Notes under the pieces: model-generated
Seen by the model: the letters and a program-made list of their open reading frames with translations, nothing else
Told to the model about the DNA's origin: nothing
Database searches by the model: none
Assembly (NCBI GenBank): GCA_963819255.1
Contig: CAWFVS010000038.1
Coordinates: forward strand, 108,986-172,985
Reading direction: 5' to 3'
Source of the DNA: an uncultured Alphaproteobacteria bacterium
GTDB taxonomy: Bacteria; Pseudomonadota; Alphaproteobacteria; Rhizobiales; Beijerinckiaceae
Length of the DNA: 64,000 nucleotides
Made by a program: the position numbers and the translations under genes
Part shown: positions 30,014 to 41,249 of the stretch, in pieces
Position numbering within the stretch: the stretch's first letter is position 1
Layout: each line of letters starts with the position of its first letter

Positions 30014-32017
30014 ATGTTCAAGAAGATTCTTATCGCCAACCGAGGCGAGATCGCCTGTCGGGTCATCAAGACCGCGCGTCGCATGGGGATCAAGACCGTC
30101 GCCGTCTATTCCGAGGCCGACAAGGATGCGCTGCACGTCGAGATGGCCGACGAGGCGGTCGCCATCGGCCCGCCCGCGGCGGCGCAGTCCTATCTCGTGA
30201 TCGACAGGATCGTCGCGGCCTGCGAAAAGACCGGCGCCGAGGCCGTGCATCCCGGCTATGGGTTCCTCTCGGAGCGCGCGGCCTTCGCGAAAGCGCTGGT
30301 CGAGGCCGGCATCGTCTTCATCGGCCCCAATCCGCGCGCGATCGAGGCGATGGGGGACAAGATCCAATCGAAGAAGTTCGCCAGCGCGGCCAAGGTCTCC
30401 ACCGTTCCGGGCCACCTCGGGGTGATCGAGCTGCCAGAGCGGGCGGCCGAGATCGCCGACGAGATCGGCTATCCAGTGATGATCAAGGCCTCCGCCGGCG
30501 GGGGCGGCAAGGGCATGCGCATCGCCTACACGCGCCAGGACATGTTCGAGGGCTTCGCGCGCGCCAGGTCGGAAGCGAAGTCGTCGTTCGGCGACGACCG
30601 GGTGTTCGTCGAGAAGTTCATCGTCAATCCCCGCCACGTCGAGATCCAGGTGCTCGGCGACAAGCATGGCAATGTCATCCATCTCGGTGAGCGCGAATGT
30701 TCGATTCAGCGCCGCAACCAGAAAGTGATCGAGGAGGCGCCCTCGCCTCTGCTCGACGAGGAGACGCGCCGCAAAATGGGGGAGCAGGCGGTCGCCCTCG
30801 CGAAGGCGGTCCACTACGATTCGGCTGGCACCGTCGAATTTGTCGCCGGTCAGGACAAGAGCTTCTATTTCCTCGAGATGAACACCCGCCTTCAGGTCGA
30901 GCATCCGGTGACGGAGCTCGTCACCGGAGTTGATCTCGTCGAGGAGATGATCCGCAGCGCCGCCGGCGAGAAACTGCGCCTGAGTCAGGCCGACGTGAAG
31001 CTCGAGGGCTGGGCGGTCGAAAGCCGCGTTTACGCGGAGGATCCGACCCGCAACTTCCTGCCCTCGACCGGGCGCCTGGTGAGGTACCGGCCGCCGGCGG
31101 AGGGCTCGAGGCTCGGCGTCACGGTGCGCAACGACACCGGCGTCTACGAAGGAGGCGAAATTGCGATCCACTACGATCCGATGATCGCCAAGCTCGTCAC
31201 CCATGCGCCCGACCGGCTCGCCGCGATCGACGCCCAGGCGACCGCGCTCGACGCTTTCGTGATCGACGGCATCCGCCACAACATCCCCTTCCTGTCGGCG
31301 CTGATGCAGCATCCGCGCTGGCGCGAAGGCCGGCTCTCGACCGGCTTCATCGGCGAGGAGTTTCCCAACGGCTTTCATCCGCTCTTCGCCAAGGGCGAGA
31401 CCGAGCGTCGCCTCGCGGTCGTTGCGGCGCATGTCGATCACGTCCTCAACGAGCGCAAGCGCCGCATTTCCGGGCAATTGCGCGAGCCCGGGCAGCTTCG
31501 CTTCGAGCTCAAGCGGATCGTCGCGATGGGCCGGAGCCGCATCGAGCTCGAGATCGAGGCGAAGGAGGGCCGCTTTTCGGTCGTCTTCGGCGACGGGCGC
31601 AGGATGGAGGTCCGCTCGGACTGGAAGCCGGGCGACCCGCTCTGGCGCGGCGCGGTGGACGGCGCCGAGATCGCGGTGCAGACGCGCGCGATCCTCAACG
31701 GTTACGCGCTCTCCCACGCTGGCGTCGGGGTCGATGCGCGCGTCTATACGCGCCGCGAGGCGCAGCTCGCGGCGCTGATGATCGAGCGGAAGGGGGCCGA
31801 CGGCTCGAAGGCGCTGCTCTGCCCCATGCCGGGCCTCGTCAAGTCGATCGCGGTCAAGGTCGGGCAGGAGGTGAAGGCGGGCGAGCAGCTCTGCATCGTC
31901 GAGGCGATGAAGATGGAGAACGTGCTGAGCGCAGAGCGGGACGCCACTGTCAAGGCGATCCTGTGCAAGGAAGGGGATTCGCTTGCGGTCGACGCGGCGA
32001 TCATGGAGTTTGCATGA
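30014..32017 (+). CDS. pccA: Propionyl-CoA carboxylase alpha subunit
   Basis: ANRGEIA, GGGGKGMR, RECSIQRR and EAMKM biotin motif. Confidence 0.93.
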   Translation: MFKKILIANRGEIACRVIKTARRMGIKTVAVYSEADKDALHVEMADEAVAIGPPAAAQSYLVIDRIVAACEKTGAEAVHPGYGFLSERAAFAKALVEAGIVFIGPNPRAIEAMGDKIQSKKFASAAKVSTVPGHLGVIELPERAAEIADEIGYPVMIKASAGGGGKGMRIAYTRQDMFEGFARARSEAKSSFGDDRVFVEKFIVNPRHVEIQVLGDKHGNVIHLGERECSIQRRNQKVIEEAPSPLLDEETRRKMGEQAVALAKAVHYDSAGTVEFVAGQDKSFYFLEMNTRLQVEHPVTELVTGVDLVEEMIRSAAGEKLRLSQADVKLEGWAVESRVYAEDPTRNFLPSTGRLVRYRPPAEGSRLGVTVRNDTGVYEGGEIAIHYDPMIAKLVTHAPDRLAAIDAQATALDAFVIDGIRHNIPFLSALMQHPRWREGRLSTGFIGEEFPNGFHPLFAKGETERRLAVVAAHVDHVLNERKRRISGQLREPGQLRFELKRIVAMGRSRIELEIEAKEGRFSVVFGDGRRMEVRSDWKPGDPLWRGAVDGAEIAVQTRAILNGYALSHAGVGVDARVYTRREAQLAALMIERKGADGSKALLCPMPGLVKSIAVKVGQEVKAGEQLCIVEAMKMENVLSAERDATVKAILCKEGDSLAVDAAIMEFA

Positions 32018-32493
32018 GGAAGTCTGTCGCGGTGCGCCTGAGCAAGGCGGGCGGCGGCCGTCGGCTCCTCACGTCCGGCTCTCCGTTCGAGACGGCCTAT
32101 GGCTACTCCCGCGCCGTCGTCGCCGGCAACGTCGTGCTGATCTCCGGGACGACCGGCTACGATTACGCCACGATGGCGATGCCCGAGGATCCGGCGGAGC
32201 AGACCCGCAACATCTACGCGATCTTTGCGGCGGTTTTGAAGAGGGCGGGCGGGACGCTGGCCGACATCGTGCGGCTGAGGACCTACGTCACACGAGCTTC
32301 TTATTGCGAGGCGGCACTCCAGGTGCAGGGCGAGGTTTTCTGCGACATCCGCCCGGCGGCGACGATCATCGTCGTCCCCGGACTCCTCAGGCCGGAAATG
32401 AAGGTCGAGATCGAAGCCGAAGCGCGGCTCCGCCTCGCTCCGAAGCCCGCAGCCGGCCCCAAGAAGGGAGCGGCAACGCACGTAGGTGAATGA
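32014..32493 (+). CDS. RidA/YjgF family protein
   Basis: GYSRAV, SGTTG, RPAAT and VEIEAEA motifs. Confidence 0.9.
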   Translation: MRKSVAVRLSKAGGGRRLLTSGSPFETAYGYSRAVVAGNVVLISGTTGYDYATMAMPEDPAEQTRNIYAIFAAVLKRAGGTLADIVRLRTYVTRASYCEAALQVQGEVFCDIRPAATIIVVPGLLRPEMKVEIEAEARLRLAPKPAAGPKKGAATHVGE

Positions 32494-32528
32494 GGGAGAG
32501 GCGGCCGGGTGGCCGCCTCCCGACGTCG

Positions 32529-32786
32529 TCAGCTCTTCTTGGCGGCCCAGAGGGCGCACCAGCCGGTAGGGGAGATGTCGCCGTCAACCATCTTGCAAGA
32601 GTTGGGGGCGACGAAGAAGGTGCAGCCGTCGCACTGATGGCCGTCCTTCGGCGTGGTCTGATATTTCACCGCGGCCTGGGCCATTTTCGCTTCTGCCGCG
32701 CCCGACATCAGCGCGAGAACCGGCACGGCGCCGGCCGCCGCAATCAGAACCGTCCGCCGGCTGATTTTGTTTCCACCCTTGTCCAT
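32529..32786 (-). CDS. High-potential iron-sulfur protein (HiPIP), Tat signal
   Basis: SRRTVL signal; YQ...CDGC.FF...C..V.G.I.P.GWC. Confidence 0.9.
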   Translation of the reverse strand: MDKGGNKISRRTVLIAAAGAVPVLALMSGAAEAKMAQAAVKYQTTPKDGHQCDGCTFFVAPNSCKMVDGDISPTGWCALWAAKKS

Positions 32787-33490
32787 TGAGTTGCCTCGTA
32801 GAATTGTAATTCAGGCGGAGACCGCCGACAGCCACATGCGCCAATTCCGCGGCGCAATTGCGACGCTTCGACGGCGCAGCGCCCTATCCATTACGACGGA
32901 ATGGGAACTCGTTGGATTTCGACCTTGGTAGACGGCGGAGATCTAGAGCACGTCCCGATCAGTTGGAACCGCACAAGCCAGTGCGAGGGACCTGAAACAC
33001 TCTCGAATCAAATTCGGGGCCCGGGCCGTGCAGTCCCGTCCGCGATCTCGGCTTTTCAATGCATTGGGCGCCAAAACCTGTCCCTTCGTCGCTTCGATCG
33101 GGTAGTCCCTTTATTCGACGTCCGCCGACGACGATCGCGCCATTTCCATCGCCGAAATCAATCTTTCGAAGAGCTTGCGGCGCCATTTCCATCGCGTCAT
33201 CGCGTCTGGCTCCGCAGGACCAAACCTCCTTGATGGCAATTTTCCTTTCCTTATCAATGGCTTGCAGCCGATCGAGCAGAAAATTCGCGCCCGCAAGCTC
33301 GCGCTCGCGGCCCGATCCTCCTTGGCAGAGTCCGCCATGATCTGCTCAGGCTTTGCCACGGCATTTCCAACCCGCGCGCAGGTCTTGCCCCGGACGCGAC
33401 GCTCGGGCGAGCGGGGATCCAAGGCGGCGCAACGATTAGCTTTCAAACAGCACGCTAGGGGTGTGTGACCCGCTTCTCCGAACACTGTAT

Positions 33491-33505
33491 GTTCTGCTTA
33501 TGTTC
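33491..33505. promoter_or_regulatory. Alphaproteobacterial LexA (SOS) box
   Basis: GTTC-TGCTTAT-GTTC (GTTC-N7-GTTC). Confidence 0.55.
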
Positions 33506-33639
33506 GAGTCAAGCTTTTGTGCGACGGGTATTACAGCAAAGTTGAAAGCTTGGTGAAGGCGCGCGCGAGATGGCCTTCGACCGGCCGAGTATGGCCGCGG
33601 AGGCAGCCCTGTAAAGGCTGGCCTTCGGCCACCGCCTTC

Positions 33640-33750
33640 GGCAAACACACGAGAGGACGATCGGGATCTCGCGGCCTCTGGTAGGTTTCCAGCACGTCTT
33701 CCATGGCGGCGACGAAGCCCGCATTGGCTTCGGGCGGGATCACCCATTGC
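33640..33750 (-). pseudogene. IS630 family transposase fragment
   Basis: QWVIPPEANAGFVAAMEDVLETYQRPRDPDRPLVCL. Confidence 0.75.
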
Positions 33751-33754
33751 CGAT

Positions 33755-34428
33755 TGCCCGCGTTGACGAAGGGGTTGGTAAAATAGAGATCGATGTAGTC
33801 GCCATGCAGGCGCGCCGGCAGCCGTGTCGTATCCGCGTTCCAGCAGAGGATGTCGAAGGCGGGCGGCGCGTTGCCGAGCAGGTAATTGTTGACCCAGTAG
33901 TTCCAGATCAAATCATTCGGCCGCATCCAGGCGAACATTCGCGCCAGATCGTGGCCGTCCAGAACGCCCCGCAGCCGGGAAGCCTCTTTCGCCGCCATCA
34001 TCGTCTCGGGTGTGACCAGGGACCCAAAGGCGCTGTCCGAAGCAGTCGCAGTGTCCAAAAGGCAGACGCACAGAACGAGGTTTTTGATCTTCGCGGCGCC
34101 GAGTGTCGCCAGGTAGGCGGCCGAAGTGATGCCGCCGGAGCAGGTGCCCATCATCGAGACGTCGTCGCTTCCGGAAATGTCCCGGACCGCGTCGACGGCC
34201 TCGTCGAGCGCGGCGACATAAGTGTCGAGCCCCCAATCGCGATTTTCGACCGTCGGGTTGCGCCAACTCAGGCAGAGAGTCTGCACGCCGCTTTCGAGCA
34301 GGAATCTGACGATGCTCTTATCGGGCGACAAATCCATCGAATAGAATTTGTTGATTTGCGGGCGTTTCCAGACCCTGGGCGTCGTCGGCGCATATTGAAT
34401 GAGCTCGATCAGGTCGTTGCGGAACACC
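33755..34428 (-). pseudogene. phaC: Second PHA synthase, internal fragment
   Basis: VFRNDLIELIQY, QINKFY (LLIVPP deleted), GTCSGG and WMRPNDLIWNYW. Both ends are lost. Confidence 0.85.
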
Positions 34429-34660
34429 TCGCCCAAAGTGTCGGCGCAGTTCCTGATACAGCGCCTTGCGCCTACATTTCGGAATGAAGACCATGTGATA
34501 TTTGCAGGTCCATGTCGTGTGGCTTAGGCTCTCGAAGTCGTTCAACGGTGAAGTTCCTTTCGTGTGAGTGGCTGCTCACGTTGGAACTTCGCCGGTGGAC
34601 CGCCGGATACGTTAAACACCTACTGCCACCCCGGCAAAGCCGGGGGTCTCCCGCTTACGC
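34420..34660 (-). mobile_element. tnpA: IS200/IS605 left end and truncated tnpA
   Basis: Hairpin ccccggcaaagccgggg at ~34628-34645; MNDFESLSHTTWTCKYHMVFIPKCRRK. Confidence 0.8.
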
Positions 34661-35112
34661 CAGAGCTCAGGACTTCGGCTTGTCCGCCCTCCGGCCTTCT
34701 CGAAACTCGCGCGAAGCTCTGCGATGCTCGCCACGATCCTGTCGCTGGCGATCTTCAGCGCCTCGGCCTGCGACTTACTGACCTGGTCGGCAATTTGCTT
34801 CGTATGGTCGATGGCCGCATCGAACGCCTTGCGCGCCACTTCGCTTTGCTTGGCGAGGATCTGTTGCGGATCGCCGCTCGGCTTGAAATTGCGCGCCATG
34901 TCGAGGGCTTCGCGGAACGCGGATTCGACCGCCTCTTTCTGCTTCGCCGCCAAGGATTTCATCCCGTCCGAGGCGACGACGGCCGTTTGCGTGAGGGCTT
35001 CGAAATTCCTGCGGTGCATCTCGACCAGTTTGTCGACGTCGACCTTCGGAAGCCCGAGGTCAGCTCCGAATTGCCGGATGATGTCGATGAACGAGTGCGA
35101 TTCCATTGTCAT
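34612..35112 (-). CDS. phaP: Phasin family protein (3' end overlapped by IS200)
   Basis: LVEMHRRNFEAL...KQ.E amphipathic helical pattern; last gene of the PHA cluster. Confidence 0.8.
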   Translation of the reverse strand: MTMESHSFIDIIRQFGADLGLPKVDVDKLVEMHRRNFEALTQTAVVASDGMKSLAAKQKEAVESAFREALDMARNFKPSGDPQQILAKQSEVARKAFDAAIDHTKQIADQVSKSQAEALKIASDRIVASIAELRASFEKAGGRTSRSPELWRKRETPGFAGVAVGV

Positions 35113-35171
35113 GTTTTCCTCCCGTGTTGGGCCAACGGTCCGACCCTGTGTCGGCCGTTCGCCATGCTGCG

Positions 35172-36489
35172 CTAGTGCAAACCCAGAGCGTGCTCGCCCG
35201 CGTAGAGGCCAAGACCGGCCAAGCCGCCGATGAAGGTTCCGTTGAGGCGGATGTATTGCAGGTCGCGGCCAATATTGAGTTCAATGATATTGACCATCTG
35301 ATCGATGTCCCATGATCGAATTTGATCGGTGATGAATCGGGCGATTTCCCGCTTTTGGCTCTGAGCGAATGTTTGCAGGACCTTCACCATGCCGGCGTTG
35401 ATTTCGGCCCGCATCCTCGGCTCGTGCGCGAGTTTGCGGCCGAGGTCGGCGAGGAAGCGACCGAGGTGGAACTCCAGAATTGAAATCGCCGCTCCGCGCG
35501 TCCTTTTCGAGGAAGCTCTTGACGCTTTGCCAGAGATCCTCGGCAAGGTCCCTGATCTCGGGGCGAGCCAGCAATTCGCGCTTCAGTGTCTCGGCCCTGT
35601 CGGAATATTCCTGCGAGGAGTCCAGTTTCTCGACGAAATCCTTGACGAACCGGTCGAAGTCGCGGCGCAGGGCATGGTCGGGATCGCTCTGCGCTTCGTG
35701 GATGAAATTCGAAATCAAGGTGATCAGCCGCCGCAGCACGTAGGCGTCGGCGCGAAACAGATTGAATAGCGAAGGCAGTTCGCCGCGTATTTTCTCTCGA
35801 ACCGCTTCCTGCGTTTGTTCGTCTTGCAGAAGCCGATCCAGTCCGGTGAGAATCTCGTCGAAAATGCGCTGGTGGCGCTGGTCCTCGACCAAGGCCGAAA
35901 TCAGCTTGGCCGCAAGGGGCGCCAGTTCCAGCGCCTCGATCTGCTCGACGACATGTTGCGCCATGAAGGACCGCAGTCCGGTTTCCTCGATGGCGGACAG
36001 GGCTTGCGGCAGCATGCGCATCGCGAACCGCGACAACGACATGCTCCGCTCTTCATCGGCCAGCCATTCGGAGGCCAGTTCGGCGAAGTCCACTGACTTT
36101 AGCTTCTGCTCGATCGGATCGGGAGCAAGAAACTGTTCTTCCACGAAGTCGCCGAAGCTTTCGGCGATGCGCTCCCGGTTGTTCGAAATGATTGCGGTGT
36201 GGGGAAATGGAATGCCGCAGGGATGCCGGAACAAGGCGACGACCGCATACCAGTCGGCGAGGCCGCCGACCGCCGCCGCCTCCGCCCAGGCGGCCACGTA
36301 GCCGAGGCTCCAATGACGGCTCTCCAGCAGCCTGGCGACCAAGGCGACGACGACGCTAAACGCGAGCAACGCCGTCGCGATGATCTTGATGCGCGCCAAA
36401 TCTCTGGAACGCTGCAAGTCCGAGGGAAAGCTCCCGAGCTCTGCCGAAAGGCCCGACGGCGGACTGAGGATCGGCGCGGGTAAATCCAT
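35172..36489 (-). CDS. DUF445 membrane protein (frameshift ~35480)
   Basis: AEAAAVGGLADWYAVVALFRHP...PHTAII; GRDLQYIRLNGT. Confidence 0.9.
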
Positions 36490-36490
36490 G

Positions 36491-37330
36491 TTATGCCTCG
36501 GCGACGAAACGCTGGAAAAGCGTCGCGGTTTCCCGCGGCATCGTAACGATGAACAGATGGCCGCACGCCATCACTTCGAGCCTGGAATTCGGAATGAGCC
36601 TAGCCAGGATCTGCCCGTTCACCATAGGCACGATCGGATCGTCGTGGCCCATGACGACGAGGGTCGGCTGCCTCAGGGAGTGCAGCCACAACAGACTCGT
36701 CCAACCCGCCACGGCCAGCAGTTGGTAGAGATAGCCGAGGTTCGAGGCCCCCTTCATGTTTTCCGCGTGCGCATGAATGAGGCTTGGATCCTCGCGCAGA
36801 TTTCCTCCGTAGATCTCCGCCGCGATGGAGTGCAGGTAGTCCGGGTCGACGTAGCGGCGCGGGCTCGCCATCTTCCAGAGCACCGACAACTTGCCCGGGA
36901 CCATGATCACCCCGGGCGCCGTCGCCGCCAGGATGAGCCTCCGGCAAACTCGCGGATATTGATGTGCGAATTGCTGGGCCATGCCGCCGCCCCACGAGAC
37001 GCCCGCGACATCGATCCTGTCATAGCCGAGCTGGCGCATGAGTCCGGCGGCCCAGCGCGCGACAGTCGAGGGACGATAAGGCAGCCTGGGAAGAGGTGAG
37101 CCGCCCACGCCAGGGATGTCAAAGACGACGGTCTCGACGTCGCCCATCTCGCGCATGAAAGGCTCGGCCAGTTCGACATTGGCGCCGATGCCGTTGAACA
37201 AGAGAAGCGGTGGACGGTCCTTCGCGCCGGGCTTGACGGAGACCCATAGATCCTGTCCGAGGACGCGCACTATGCGAGAGTTCATCGCGCCGCCGACATT
37301 TCGGGCCAATTCATTCCGCTCATAAAACAT
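36491..37330 (-). CDS. phaZ: Poly(3-hydroxyalkanoate) depolymerase
   Basis: LLFNGIGANVEL, FDIPGVGGSP, GVSWGG, DDPIVP and GHLF; Pseudomonas PhaZ type. Confidence 0.9.
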   Translation of the reverse strand: MFYERNELARNVGGAMNSRIVRVLGQDLWVSVKPGAKDRPPLLLFNGIGANVELAEPFMREMGDVETVVFDIPGVGGSPLPRLPYRPSTVARWAAGLMRQLGYDRIDVAGVSWGGGMAQQFAHQYPRVCRRLILAATAPGVIMVPGKLSVLWKMASPRRYVDPDYLHSIAAEIYGGNLREDPSLIHAHAENMKGASNLGYLYQLLAVAGWTSLLWLHSLRQPTLVVMGHDDPIVPMVNGQILARLIPNSRLEVMACGHLFIVTMPRETATLFQRFVAEA

Positions 37331-37331
37331 C

Positions 37332-39051
37332 CTACTCTGCTCGGCCTCCCGCATTGAACACATAAGTTCCGGGCGCTGGATGGCCTGGCGGAAACTGCGC
37401 GTTGCCCAAGGCGCTCGGCGCCTCGATTTTGTCGCCCGAGCGTGTCGACAGCCATTGGCTCCAATGCGTCCACCAGCTGCCCGATTGCTTTGTCGCGCTT
37501 GCGGCAAATGCATCCGGGTCGGGCGAACTCGCCGCCCCGGTCACGAACGTCGCTTTGGGATTTCCGGGCGGGTTGAGGAGGCTCTGCAAGTGACCCGCGT
37601 TTGACAGGATGAAGGTGGTCTCTTCGCCCAGAATCCTGGCCGACTGATAAACGGACTTCCATGGCGTTATGTGATCGGTCACACCCGCGGCGACATAGGC
37701 GTCTAGCCGGACCTTCCCTATGTCGATCGGCGTTCCCGAGACCGTCAGGGCGCCTGGATTGCGGAACGGATTGAGCTTGATCAGATCCAGAAAATCAGAG
37801 TGGAGGCGCGCAGGCAGCGAGGTCGTGTCGCTGTTCCAGTAGAGGATGTCGAATGCGGGCGGCGCGTTGCCCAAGAGATAGTTGTTGACCCAATAGTTCC
37901 AAATCAGATCGTTCGGTCTCATCCAGGCGAATATTTTCGCGAGATCGCGGCCGTCGAGCACGCCGCGAAGCTGCGAGGCCTTCCTCGCCGCGTCTATAGT
38001 CTGCGGCGTGATCAGCGTGGCGAGCACGGTTTCTTCGGCCGTCGACGGATCGAGCGTGCAGACCGCGAGAATGAGGTTCTTCACCTTGGACTCGCCGCGG
38101 GCGGCCTGCCATGCCGCATAGGCCGATCGACGTGATCCCGCCGGAACACACCCCCATCAGTGACACATCCGCGCTGCTGGCAATGCCTCTCACGGCGTCA
38201 ACGGCTTCATCTACAGCCTCGACATAGGTATCGAGACCCCAATCGCGTTGTTCGGCGGTCGGGTTTCGCCAGCTGATGCAGAAGACCTGGACGCCTTCGC
38301 GCAGCAGGAACTGGATCATGCTCTTGTCGGGAGACAGGTCCAGCGAATAAAACTTGTTGATCTGCGGTGGAACGATGAGAAGCGGGCGCGCCCAGACCTC
38401 CGCCGCCACGGGTTTGTATTGAATGAGTTCGAAGACCTCGGTGCGAAGCACGACTGCGCCGGGAGTTGTTGCGATGTTCTTGCCCACCTGGAACGGCTTG
38501 GAATCCACCTGGGATGGCAGGCCGCCGTTTTTGACGAGGTCTTCCAAGTAATTTTTCAGTCCCGACCAGAGGCTCTCTCCTCCGGTGTCGATCAGCTTCT
38601 TCAAAGCGGTGGGATTCGAAACCAAACCGTTCGTCGGCGCCAGCGCATCGACCAGGATGTCGGCGATCAGCTTGGCGCGCGCACGATCCTGATCGCTGAG
38701 GTCGGCCTTGTCGACAAAGGCGCGGATCGCTTCGCCCCACGCCAGATAGCTCTGGAGCAGCTTTTGTTGCAAACGGCTGGATTTCCATGCGGGATCGTTG
38801 AAGCGTTTGTCGCCCGGCTCAACGGCGCGCGTGCTTTCCCCGGCGACAATTCTCCCGAGGTCGCCCATGAAGGAGAACCATTGCTTGACGGCGATCTCGG
38901 GTTGCAAGATCGCCGTTTTGACGACGGTCTGCGCGGCGTCGACAAAGTCGCGGCCACGCAGTCCGACGATTGGATTGAGGGCGAGCGTGTTCTTCGCCGC
39001 TTCATCCGCGATCGCGTCAGCCGCTGAACCACTCTCAGGAGTTTTCGCCAT
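37332..39051 (-). CDS. phaC: PHA synthase, class II-like (frameshift ~38130)
   Basis: NTLALNPIVGLRGRD, PPQINKFY, GVCSGG, DHITPW and GHLQS motifs. Confidence 0.92.
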
Positions 39052-39061
39052 TGCACTCCCC

Positions 39062-39541
39062 TCACTTGCCGCCTTTTCGCGGGACCAGCAACGTTATGGC
39101 TTCCGCGATCAGGGCGGGCTTGTCGCTGTTCTCGATTTCAATGGTGTTCTTTGTCTTGAGCAGAAGCTGGCCGTCGCTCCTTTCCTCGACGTTGTCGAGG
39201 ACGACCCGCAATCTCACGCGCCCTCCGGCCGGGACCGGGGCAAGAAAGCGCACCTTGTCCAGGCCGTAGTTGAAGCCCGCCGCCGCGTCCGAAGGAACGA
39301 CCCCGACATCGAGGGAGAGCGGACCGACCAGCGACAGCGTGAGATAGCCATGCGCGACCGGCCCCCCGAAGGGACTTTCCTGTTTCGCGCGCTCGACATC
39401 GACATGAATCCATTGCCGATCGCCGGTGCATTTGGCAAACTCGTTGATCAACTCCTGGTCCACGAGCATCCAATCGGACACGCCGAGCTCGCTGCCCAGG
39501 CGGTCCTTCAGGTTCGACATCGTCAGTTCGGTCATCGTCAT
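39062..39541 (-). CDS. MaoC-like dehydratase (possible (R)-enoyl-CoA hydratase)
   Basis: TGDRQWIHVD, AHGYLTLS and NYGLDKVRF motifs. Confidence 0.88.
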   Translation of the reverse strand: MTMTELTMSNLKDRLGSELGVSDWMLVDQELINEFAKCTGDRQWIHVDVERAKQESPFGGPVAHGYLTLSLVGPLSLDVGVVPSDAAAGFNYGLDKVRFLAPVPAGGRVRLRVVLDNVEERSDGQLLLKTKNTIEIENSDKPALIAEAITLLVPRKGGK

Positions 39542-39593
39542 CCTCTTCCGGACTCGCGGCCTTGCAAGCCCTCTCGCGACAAACGGCGGTGGG

Positions 39594-41249
39594 CTACTCG
39601 TCCTGCGTGTAGCGCGTTCGTAGAAGCTTCTTGTCGATCTTGCCCACGCTGGTGCGTTCGAGCTGATCGACGAACAGAATGGTTTGTGGGACGCCGTACT
39701 TCGAAATGACGCCCTTGTCCGCGAACTCGCCGACATGGGATTTGATCGTGTTTTCGGTCGGCGCTTCCTCGACCTGATAGTCGCGGACAACCAGCGCCAC
39801 CGCACGTTCGCCCCATTTCTCGTCCTTGACGCCGATGACGGCGGCCTCCTTGACCCCGGGGGCTTTCATGATGATGTCTTCGAGCTCGAGCGACGAAATC
39901 CATTCGCCGCCGCTCTTGATCACGTCCTTGATGCGATCCGTGATCTGCAGATAGCCGTGCGGGGACATGTTGGCGATGTCGTTGGTGTGCATATAGCCGC
40001 CCTGCCAGAGGTCCTCCGACGCGGTCGGGTTCTGGTAGTACCCTTGCGTGAGCCATGGCGCGCGCACGACGATTTCGCCGGACGCCTTGCCGTCGTGGGC
40101 GACATCCTTCATGTCGGCGTCGACGACGCGGATGTCCACCAGGGGAATGGGGCGCCCGGTCTTGGTCCTGAAGTTCACCTCCTCGTCGGCGACGCCGCTG
40201 AGCATCGACGCCTTCAGATGCGCCAGAGTGAGAACCGGGCCCGTCTCGGACATTCCGTAGCCGGTAAAGATGTCGATGCCGCGCGCCATCGCGCGCAAGG
40301 CGAGCATCTTGGGCAGAGCGGCGCCTCCGATCACCATCGTGAGACCGCTCAGATCCGTGTCGGCGCTCGCCGGGGCGTCCAACAGCATCAGCAGGATCGT
40401 CGGCACGCAATGGGTGAAGGTCACGCCCTCGTTCTTGATCAGCTTCAAGAGCAGGTCGGGAACATAGCGCCCCGGATATACCTGCTTGGCGCCCGCGGCG
40501 GTCGCCGCATAAGGGACCCCCCAGGCATGGACATGAAACATGGGGGTGATCGGCATGTAGACGCTTTCGTTGTGAAAGCGGCCCTGCTTGGGCGCCATTC
40601 CGAACGCCGCAAGTTCGCTGATCGTGTGCAGGACCATCTGCCGGTGGCTGAAATAGACGCCCTTCGGCGCTCCCGTCGTTCCGCTGGTGTAGAACGTCGT
40701 GGCCTGCGTATTCTCGTCAAAGTCGGGGAAATCGAAATCGGGCGAACCCGCCGCCAGCATGTCTTCATAATGCCCAGCGACGCCCTCTTCGCGCACAACG
40801 AACGAGTCGTTGTCCGACAGGGCGACGATCGTCCTGACCTTTGACAAGCGCGGTCGGATCGCCGCCAGCAGCGGAAGGAATTCGTCATTGACCAGGAGGG
40901 TCGTCGCGCCAGCATGTTCGATCGTGTAGATGATTTGCTCAGGCGACAGACGAACGTTCACCGTCTGCAAGACGGCGCCCATCATCGGGATGGCGAAGAA
41001 TGCTTCGAGAAACCGGTGGGTGTCCCAGTCCATCACGCCGACCGTATCGCCGGGGCGTACGCCCAATTCCTTGAGCCCGCTCGCCAAACGACCGATGCGG
41101 TCGCGCAGCATGCGATAGGTGAAGCGCTTCTGATCGCGGTAGACGATTTCCTGATCAGCCGCATGCAGCATGGACGAGTGAAGAAGATGTTTAACGAGGA
41201 GGGGATACTGATATGCGGAGGCGGTCACGTCGATGAGCCTGCGCGACAC
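39594..41249 (-). CDS. Fatty acid-CoA ligase
   Basis: YTSGTTGAPKG, GYGMSET and DRIKDVIKSGGE motifs. Confidence 0.93.
   Translation of the reverse strand: MSRRLIDVTASAYQYPLLVKHLLHSSMLHAADQEIVYRDQKRFTYRMLRDRIGRLASGLKELGVRPGDTVGVMDWDTHRFLEAFFAIPMMGAVLQTVNVRLSPEQIIYTIEHAGATTLLVNDEFLPLLAAIRPRLSKVRTIVALSDNDSFVVREEGVAGHYEDMLAAGSPDFDFPDFDENTQATTFYTSGTTGAPKGVYFSHRQMVLHTISELAAFGMAPKQGRFHNESVYMPITPMFHVHAWGVPYAATAAGAKQVYPGRYVPDLLLKLIKNEGVTFTHCVPTILLMLLDAPASADTDLSGLTMVIGGAALPKMLALRAMARGIDIFTGYGMSETGPVLTLAHLKASMLSGVADEEVNFRTKTGRPIPLVDIRVVDADMKDVAHDGKASGEIVVRAPWLTQGYYQNPTASEDLWQGGYMHTNDIANMSPHGYLQITDRIKDVIKSGGEWISSLELEDIIMKAPGVKEAAVIGVKDEKWGERAVALVVRDYQVEEAPTENTIKSHVGEFADKGVISKYGVPQTILFVDQLERTSVGKIDKKLLRTRYTQDE

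Noticed and set aside
29819-31717. Long antisense ORFs (also 9606-10955, 39684-40844, 59388-61145)
   Set aside because: They are shadow frames of well-supported genes in high-GC DNA.
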